Source: a virus (lineage: Duplodnaviria > Heunggongvirae > Uroviricota > Caudoviricetes). Taken from it: DNA of 4,322 nucleotides. How positions within the stretch are numbered: position 1 is the first letter of the stretch; every line of letters begins with the position of its first letter. Both the position numbers and the translations under genes were made by a program. This document shows positions 1 to 4,322 of the stretch, in pieces. The stretch is from the IMG/VR virus record IMGVR_UViG_2609459856_000002. The stretch is one strand, 5' to 3'. A model generated the notes under the pieces. That model was not told where the DNA came from. It did no database searches and worked only from the letters and a program-made list of their open reading frames with translations.

Positions 1-413
1 AACGCCAGGTGGTGAAGGATGCTTTTTATATTCATCAGCATAAAGGAACCACCAGTGCCGTGCGGCGGGGGGTGGAGCCGTTCGGCTTTCTGATCCGCAT
101 TATTGAGTGGTGGCAGACCGGAGAAACACCAGGCACGTTTCGCCTGGATATCGGCGTGCAGGATCAGGGCATCACTGAAGATACCTATCTGGAACTTGAG
201 CGACTGATAAGCGATGCCAAACCATGTAGCCGTCACATGATCGGCATGTCCATCAATCTGCAGACCAGCGGCCCGCATTGGGTGGGAGCCGCCAGTTATC
301 TTGGCGAAGAAATCACGATCTATCCGTATATCAACGAAACAATTATTTCCGGCGGCACCGCGCATGAAGGCGGGGCGGTCCATGTTATTGACACAATGAG
401 AGTGAATCCATGA
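1..413 (+). CDS. Phage baseplate/tail protein, P2 gpI-like; 5'-partial (frame open to the window start, stop TGA 411-413)
   Basis: The ORF frame has no stop between the window start and 413, so the gene probably begins upstream. Its stop overlaps the start of the downstream tail fibre gene (ATGA at 410-413), typical of coupled phage late genes. The gpI assignment is from position immediately upstream of a gpH-like fibre gene; I do not recognise the protein sequence itself with certainty. Confidence 0.55.
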   Translation, partial: RQVVKDAFYIHQHKGTTSAVRRGVEPFGFLIRIIEWWQTGETPGTFRLDIGVQDQGITEDTYLELERLISDAKPCSRHMIGMSINLQTSGPHWVGAASYLGEEITIYPYINETIISGGTAHEGGAVHVIDTMRVNP

Positions 414-1810
414 GCACAAAATTTTATACCCTGCTGACGGATATTGGCGCGGCGAAACTTGCCAGCGCCGCCGCGCTCGGTGTGCCTTTAAAAATTACCC
501 ATATGGCGGTCGGCGATGGCGGCGGAACATTACCAACGCCGGACGCAAAGCAGACAGCACTGGTAAATGAGAAACGCCGGGCTGCGCTGAATATGCTCTA
601 TATCGACCCGCAGAACAGCAGCCAGATTATTGCTGAACAGGTGATCCCTGAAAACGAGGGCGGTTGGTGGATACGTGAAGTGGGCTTGTTTGATGAGTCC
701 GGGGCATTGATTGCCGTGGGTAACTGCCCGGAAAGCTATAAGCCGCAACTGGCTGAAGGCAGTGGGCGTACCCAGACCGTGCGCATGGTGCTGATTACCA
801 GCAGTACGGACAATATCATCCTGAAAATCGACCCTGCTGTAGTGCTGGCAACCCGCAAGTATGTGGATGACAAGGCACTGGAGCTGAAGGTGTACGTGGA
901 TGACCTGATAGCAAAACATCTTGCCGCACTGGACCCGCATTCACAGTATGCACCCAAAGAAAGTCCGACATTTACCGGAACCCCCAAAGCGCCAACGCCA
1001 GCGGCGGGGAATAATACCACTCAGCTTGCGACCACCGCATTTGTTCAGGCGGCACTGACGGCCCTGATTAATGGTGCGCCAGCCACGCTGGACACGCTGA
1101 AAGAAATAGCCGCAGCCATTAACAATGACCCGAAATTCAGTACCACCATTAACAATGCGCTGGCACTGAAAGCGCCGCTGTCGAGTCCGGCACTCACCGG
1201 AACGCCAACAGCCCCCACGGCGGCGCAGTCGGTCAACAATACACAGATTGCCACTACGGCTTTTGTGAAATCGGCGATTGCGGCAATGGTGGGTTCTGCA
1301 CCTGCGGCACTGGATACACTGAACGAACTGGCGGCGGCACTGGGGAATGATCCGAACTTTGCCACGACAATGCTTAATGCGCTGGCAGGTAAACAACCGC
1401 TGGACAATACGCTGACTAATTTGAGTGGAAAGGATGTAGCTGGTCTTCTCACATACCTTGGTTTGGGAGAAGCGGCAAAAAGGAATGTGGGGACAGGGAC
1501 GAATCAGATACCTGATATGGGTAGCTTCACGCTTTCTGTTTCAGGTACTGGATATCAAAAATTACCATCTGGTTTTATTCTTCAGTGGGGCTCAATCGGC
1601 GCACCAGGCATTGCACAGGATGTGGTAACCCATTTTCCGATTGCATTTCCAAACAGATGTCTGCGTGTTTTGGTCTCACAAGACTACACACCAGATAGCG
1701 GGGCTGTTGGTTATATTGCCTGTGCAGGTTTTAGTCCCGACCCGGTTAAATTTATATCCAGAGCCAGTACTCCTGGCCTCGGCGCTTCATTTTTAGCGTT
1801 AGGCTGTTAA
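410..1810 (+). CDS. Tail fibre protein (P2 gpH-like): constant N-terminal part (codons 1-349) fused to the currently expressed variable C-terminal cassette (codons 351-466)
   Basis: 466-aa ORF. The N-terminus [18 protein letters not shown]...HMAVGDGGG...AEGSGR has the hallmark pattern of P2 gpH-family fibre N-termini. There is an internal Ala/Thr-rich tandem repeat. The left crossover site falls in codon 350, so sequence downstream of 1459 belongs to the invertible segment. The C-terminal part carries a [14 protein letters not shown] motif that I recall from fibre tip domains. Confidence 0.9.
   Translation: MSTKFYTLLTDIGAAKLASAAALGVPLKITHMAVGDGGGTLPTPDAKQTALVNEKRRAALNMLYIDPQNSSQIIAEQVIPENEGGWWIREVGLFDESGALIAVGNCPESYKPQLAEGSGRTQTVRMVLITSSTDNIILKIDPAVVLATRKYVDDKALELKVYVDDLIAKHLAALDPHSQYAPKESPTFTGTPKAPTPAAGNNTTQLATTAFVQAALTALINGAPATLDTLKEIAAAINNDPKFSTTINNALALKAPLSSPALTGTPTAPTAAQSVNNTQIATTAFVKSAIAAMVGSAPAALDTLNELAAALGNDPNFATTMLNALAGKQPLDNTLTNLSGKDVAGLLTYLGLGEAAKRNVGTGTNQIPDMGSFTLSVSGTGYQKLPSGFILQWGSIGAPGIAQDVVTHFPIAFPNRCLRVLVSQDYTPDSGAVGYIACAGFSPDPVKFISRASTPGLGASFLALGC
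962..1402 (+). repeat. Intragenic tandem duplication, 2 x ~74 codons, in the tail fibre shaft (962..1183 and 1184..1402)
   Basis: Protein repeats [73 protein letters not shown] and [73 protein letters not shown] align end to end. The DNA copies have diverged, so the duplication is old. It resembles the repeat unit common in P2-type fibre shafts. Confidence 0.6.
1446..1471. other. Left crossover site for the DNA invertase (gix/cix/pix/hix-like, 26 bp): TTCTCACATACC-TT-GGTTTGGGAGAA
   Basis: Two 12-bp half-sites with dyad symmetry (TTCTCaCAtACC versus the reverse complement TTCTCcCAaACC) flank a 2-bp core TT at 1458-1459. This matches the known architecture and TTCTC/TTATC...AAACC half-site pattern of Hin/Gin/Cin/Pin sites. 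A partner site lies in inverted orientation at 3314..3339. Confidence 0.75.
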
Positions 1811-1831
1811 TTTAGCTATATGGAGTGAAAA

Positions 1832-2272
1832 ATGAATTACATATATTCCGCGACTACAAACTCTTTCTATCCGCTGGAGATGAAAGAGGATTACACTCAA
1901 GCTGACTCATGGCCAGATGATGCTGTTGAAGTTGATGAGCAAGTGTATATTGAGTTTTCCGGATTACCACCAAAAGGAAAAATCCGTATCGCTGGAGAAA
2001 ATGGTTTTCCTGCATGGTCTGAAATTCCACCACCAACACATGAGGAACAGATTGCTGCAGCCGAACTGGAAAAGCAGCAACTGATTAATCAGGCCAACGA
2101 TTATATGAACAGTAAACAATGGCCTGGTAAAGCGGCTATTGGTCGTCTGAAAGGTGAGGAACTGGCGCAATATAATTTGTGGCTGGATTATCTGGACGCA
2201 CTGGAACTGGTTGATACCTCCAGTGCTCTAGATATTGAATGGCCTACGCCTCCGGCAGTTCAGGCCAGATGA
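1832..2272 (+). CDS. Tail fibre assembly protein (chaperone), cassette currently in the expressed orientation
   Basis: 146-aa ORF directly downstream of the fibre gene, with a GGAG Shine-Dalgarno at 1822-1825 six nt before the ATG. The C-terminus ...LDYLDALELVDTSSALDIEWPTPP is the conserved C-terminal signature of phage tail-fibre assembly (Tfa) proteins. Confidence 0.85.
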   Translation: MNYIYSATTNSFYPLEMKEDYTQADSWPDDAVEVDEQVYIEFSGLPPKGKIRIAGENGFPAWSEIPPPTHEEQIAAAELEKQQLINQANDYMNSKQWPGKAAIGRLKGEELAQYNLWLDYLDALELVDTSSALDIEWPTPPAVQAR

Positions 2273-2846
2273 CATTCGGCGCGGTGCTGGTATCTGTTGC
2301 CGTCACTGCGTCAATGTAATCCAGCACAGCGTTAAGTCGGGTGGTTTCTGCCTGCGTCAGCTTCCGTCCGGCCTGTAGTTTCAGTTGAATCAGACTAATG
2401 GAAGCCATTGCTGCATCAATCAGTGACTGGCGCAGTGCTTCTGCCGCGTCTACTGCGGCATTATGCTGTGCCTCAGTATCTGTCACCCATTTCTCACCAT
2501 CCCATTCATCGTATGGCGTTAACGGGGCGATAGTGGTCGTATTTTCAGGATAATCACCCGGACCTGTGATTTCTTTCGATTCTCCTGTTTCGGTGCTATA
2601 AACGATTTCACCGCGATGGTCTGGCACATATTCCCATGAGTTTAAATCCATCGAACGGCAGATAGCATAACCCGCCTTATGTGTGCCAGGGGCATCTAAA
2701 CAGGAATATGCAGGGATACCGACACCAATGGCAAGATATTCATTTGAAGTGGAAATATATTCCCGAGTTTCACCATCATAGTTATAGACGGTAATATTCC
2801 CCGCCTTCGTGGCAATAAGCTCGCTATTTAATACGGCGTTATCCAT
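2244..2846 (-). CDS. Tail fibre assembly protein (chaperone), alternate cassette in the silent orientation
   Basis: 200-aa ORF on the - strand. The C-terminus ...LDYIDAVTATDTSTAPNVIWPELPEA shares the Tfa signature with the + strand chaperone. Its ATG overlaps the stop of the upstream fibre cassette by one base (TAATG on the - strand at 2848-2844). Confidence 0.8.
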   Translation of the reverse strand: MDNAVLNSELIATKAGNITVYNYDGETREYISTSNEYLAIGVGIPAYSCLDAPGTHKAGYAICRSMDLNSWEYVPDHRGEIVYSTETGESKEITGPGDYPENTTTIAPLTPYDEWDGEKWVTDTEAQHNAAVDAAEALRQSLIDAAMASISLIQLKLQAGRKLTQAETTRLNAVLDYIDAVTATDTSTAPNVIWPELPEA

Positions 2847-3367
2847 TATGCAGCCCTCACGATAAAGTTAAATGCAATATTTCGTGGACGGGTTTCACTC
2901 CCGCCAGTATTACCGATACTCCCTCGTGAATGAAGTGTCGGTGATGGGATCAGACTCCCTCCTGTATTTGTGGCATCAAGTCCCCGTCCTTGTGTGTATG
3001 TCTTTTTGAAAATCGTAGCCAGTTCCCATTCATCTTTTGTGTCGTAACCATCATTGGCAACAACAATATGACGGTGCTTTTCCAGCATCCCAGCCTGAAG
3101 GCTCAATAAAGCACGTCCTGCATCAATACCGCGCCCGTCATCCCAGCCACGAATAAACTCACCGCGTAAATCAGGTAATTTATTTGCCGGGTAAGCCTTT
3201 GCCAGTTTCGGGTATTCTTCAGCAGAAAAAGGAGCACCGTTGCATTTCAGCCAGCCTGTTGGAGGTGTCTCAGAAGGCCACGGAACAGGCGCACCAATAG
3301 GTAATGCTGAACCTTCTCCCAAACCAACGTTTATGAAAGTGCAGAGATAATGGCTAACTGGCATCAT
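2846..3367 (-). CDS. Alternative tail fibre C-terminal cassette (Sv'), silent in this orientation; the functional part is 2846..3325, and codons upstream of the crossover lie outside the segment
   Basis: The - strand ORF ends ...ETRPRNIAFNFIVRAA and contains DLRGEFIRGWDDGRG, closely resembling the C-terminal collar-type domain of Mu S / P1 S-type fibres as I recall them (ending NIAFNYIVRLA). It has no constant N-terminal domain of its own. It is in frame with the fibre constant region across the crossover site: after inversion the junction would read ...[18 protein letters not shown].... Confidence 0.8.
   Translation of the reverse strand: MMPVSHYLCTFINVGLGEGSALPIGAPVPWPSETPPTGWLKCNGAPFSAEEYPKLAKAYPANKLPDLRGEFIRGWDDGRGIDAGRALLSLQAGMLEKHRHIVVANDGYDTKDEWELATIFKKTYTQGRGLDATNTGGSLIPSPTLHSRGSIGNTGGSETRPRNIAFNFIVRAA
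3314..3339. other. Right crossover site for the DNA invertase (26 bp): TTCTCCCAAACC-AA-CGTTTATGAAAG
   Basis: The reverse complement of 3313..3327 is identical to 1458..1472 (TTGGTTTGGGAGAAG, 15/15). The inner half-site TTCTCCCAAACC matches the family consensus; the outer half-site (reverse complement CTTTCATAAACG) is degenerate. It lies 55 bp upstream of the invertase ATG. Confidence 0.7.
3346..3351 (+). promoter_or_regulatory. Candidate -10 hexamer (GATAAT) for the invertase promoter
   Basis: GATAAT lies 44 bp upstream of the invertase ATG and 7 bp downstream of the right crossover site. Any -35 element at standard spacing would overlap the crossover site; that region (AACCAA) is a poor match to TTGACA. 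Sequence-only guess. Confidence 0.25.
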
Positions 3368-3394
3368 CCCCGGTTTTTATTCAGGGGATTGATC

Positions 3395-3961
3395 ATGCTT
3401 ATTGGCTATGTACGCGTGTCAACAAATGACCAGAACACCGATTTGCAACGTAATGCACTGAACTGCGCGGGATGTGAGCGGATTTTTGAGGACAAAATCA
3501 GTGGTACTAAGTCCGACAGACCGGGGCTTAAAAAACTGCTCAGGACACTATCGGCAGGTGACACACTGGTTGTCTGGAAGCTGGACAGGTTGGGGCGCAG
3601 TATGCGGCATCTTGTTACTCTGATAGAAGAGTTGCGCCAGCGCGGCGTGAATTTCAGAAGTCTGACTGACAGTATTGATACCAGTACCCCAATGGGCCGT
3701 TTCTTTTTTCATGTCATGGGTGCCCTGGCTGAAATGGAACGCGAACTGATAGTTGAACGTACCAGGGCAGGGCTGGCTGCAGCTCGTGCTAAAGGCAGAG
3801 TAGGTGGACGCCGTCCTAAGTTGACCACCGAACAGTGGGCACAGATTGGACGTTTACTAGAGGTCGGAGAATCAAGACAGCGTATTGCACTGATTTTTGA
3901 TGTGGGCGTTTCTACCATTTATAGAAAATTTCCGGCAAATAAGAGCAGTGAATCCCCCTGA
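3395..3961 (+). CDS. Site-specific DNA invertase, serine recombinase of the Gin/Cin/Pin/Hin family
   Basis: 188-aa product starting MLIGYVRVSTNDQNTDLQRNAL, with the catalytic serine at residue 9 (codon 3419-3421). Conserved blocks VVWKLDRLGRS, SLTDSIDTSTPMGRFFFHVMGALAEMERELIVERT and GRVGGRRPKL, plus a C-terminal helix-turn-helix, are near-identical in pattern to Gin/Pin. Shine-Dalgarno AGGGGA at 3383-3388. The ORF track starts at 3350 (MANWHH...), but family N-termini begin at MLIGY, so 3395 is the likely start. Confidence 0.93.
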   Translation: MLIGYVRVSTNDQNTDLQRNALNCAGCERIFEDKISGTKSDRPGLKKLLRTLSAGDTLVVWKLDRLGRSMRHLVTLIEELRQRGVNFRSLTDSIDTSTPMGRFFFHVMGALAEMERELIVERTRAGLAAARAKGRVGGRRPKLTTEQWAQIGRLLEVGESRQRIALIFDVGVSTIYRKFPANKSSESP

Positions 3962-4009
3962 ATCAGCATAATTTTGATTATCCCTGCAAGTAGACAAATA
4001 CCGTCATTT

Positions 4010-4027
4010 TGTGTGAATAACGGTACA
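4010..4027 (+). promoter_or_regulatory. P2 late-promoter-like activator dyad (TGT-N12-ACA) upstream of the tail sheath gene
   Basis: TGTGTGAATAACGGTACA is an exact TGT-N12-ACA, the motif described at about -55 in Ogr/Delta-activated late promoters of P2/P4/186. It sits about 77-94 bp upstream of the sheath ATG, with a -35-like TTGTCA at 4043-4048 and a weak -10-like CAACAT at 4063-4068. The spacing is plausible but unverified. Confidence 0.4.
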
Positions 4028-4103
4028 ACTGCGCTTAGCTGTTTGTCAGGCACAATCACTTCAACATAGGGCGAAGCCTAATCCAATCAGGAGGTTCGCC
4101 ACT

Positions 4104-4322
4104 ATGGCTCAGGATTACCACCACGGGGTGCGCGTTGTTGAAGTCAACGAAGGCACCCGATCCATTACCACGGTGAGCACCGCCATCGTGGGTATGGTCT
4201 GCACGGGCGATGATGCCGATACAAAAATGTTTCCTCTTAATAAACCCGTGCTGATCACTGATGTGCTGACTGCCAGCGGTAAAGCGGGTGAGTCCGGTAC
4301 TCTGGCCCGTTCGCTGGATGCC
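4104..4322 (+). CDS. Tail sheath protein (P2 gpFI-like), 3'-partial (runs off the window end)
   Basis: ATG at 4104 is preceded by CAGGAGG (4088-4094). The frame is open for 73 codons to the window end: [54 protein letters not shown].... This closely resembles the N-terminus of P2 FI-family sheath proteins (MSDYHHGVQVLEINEGTR...[12 protein letters not shown]...[10 protein letters not shown] as I recall it). It is absent from the ORF track only because there is no stop in the window. Confidence 0.85.
   Translation, partial: MAQDYHHGVRVVEVNEGTRSITTVSTAIVGMVCTGDDADTKMFPLNKPVLITDVLTASGKAGESGTLARSLDA

Larger units (their letters stand above)
1458..3327. other. Invertible DNA segment (~1.87 kb) carrying two alternative fibre C-terminus plus chaperone cassettes in opposite orientation
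   Basis: Bounded by the core dinucleotides of the two inverted 26-bp sites (TT at 1458-1459, AA at 3326-3327). It contains the Sv plus Tfa cassette on the + strand and the Tfa' plus Sv' cassette on the - strand, with an invertase gene immediately outside the right boundary. Confidence 0.75.

Noticed and set aside
530-1452. Four - strand ORFs (530..940, 736..1020, 941..1396, 1045..1452) lying antisense to the tail fibre gene
   Set aside because: They sit entirely inside the well-supported + strand fibre gene, in a GC-rich, Ala-codon-rich region where the reverse strand is naturally poor in stop codons. Their translations are Cys/Arg-rich or low-complexity with no recognisable family and no convincing ribosome-binding sites.
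1854-2170. - strand ORFs 1854..2039 and 1964..2170 inside the + strand chaperone gene
   Set aside because: Short, antisense to a CDS with a clear Tfa C-terminal signature, and with no recognisable features; treated as spurious.
3328-3367. ATG-ATG start of the silent fibre cassette, lying outside the invertible segment
   Set aside because: The upstream sequence on the - strand has no Shine-Dalgarno at useful spacing, and the cassette lacks the fibre N-terminal domain. The open frame here is most likely incidental; the cassette is expressed only after inversion, fused to the constant region.
3350-3394. N-terminal extension of the invertase ORF (MANWHHPRFLFRGLI...) in the ORF track
   Set aside because: Family members start at MLIGYVRVS with the catalytic Ser at position 9 or 10. 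The ATG at 3395 has a good Shine-Dalgarno (AGGGGA) 6 nt upstream, whereas the ATG at 3350 overlaps the candidate promoter region.
3709-3918. - strand ORF (69 aa) inside the invertase gene
   Set aside because: Antisense to a highly conserved serine recombinase; low-complexity Pro/Ser/Ala-rich translation; spurious.
3999-4025. Inverted repeat TACCGT ... ACGGTA (15-nt spacer) downstream of the invertase stop, considered as a terminator
   Set aside because: 6-bp stem, 15-nt loop, no following T-run: not a credible intrinsic terminator. It overlaps the TGT-N12-ACA dyad and is better explained as part of the late-promoter activator site.
1-4322. Possibility that the window holds a previously undescribed system (CRISPR array, toxin-antitoxin, retron, DGR or similar)
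   Set aside because: I found no direct-repeat array, no reverse transcriptase, no tRNA-like structure and no unexplained ORF of any size. Every substantial ORF is accounted for by the P2-like tail module and a classical invertase switch. A diversity-generating retroelement was specifically considered because of the fibre C-terminus, but there is no template repeat or RT in this window.

Overview
This window is the tail-fibre end of a P2-like (myovirus) late gene cluster, most likely a prophage in an enterobacterial genome, and it carries a complete Gin/Cin/Pin/Hin-type DNA inversion switch. Reading left to right on the + strand: the 3' part of a baseplate gene (P2 gpI-like), a tail fibre gene (P2 gpH-like, 410..1810), a tail-fibre assembly chaperone gene (1832..2272), then an inverted silent cassette on the - strand (alternate chaperone 2244..2846 and alternate fibre C-terminus 2846..3367), a serine-recombinase DNA invertase (3395..3961), a P2 late-promoter-like dyad, and the start of a tail sheath gene (P2 gpFI-like, 4104..window end). 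Two 26-bp inverted crossover sites (1446..1471 inside the fibre gene, 3314..3339 just upstream of the invertase) bound an invertible segment of about 1.87 kb. Inversion would swap the fibre's C-terminal receptor-binding region and its chaperone while keeping the reading frame. This is a well-described class of host-range switch (Mu G segment, P1 C segment, e14 P segment), not a new system; the points worth a second look are details of this particular instance. All calls rest on reading the sequence and the supplied ORF translations against remembered protein families and gene order; no database search was run.
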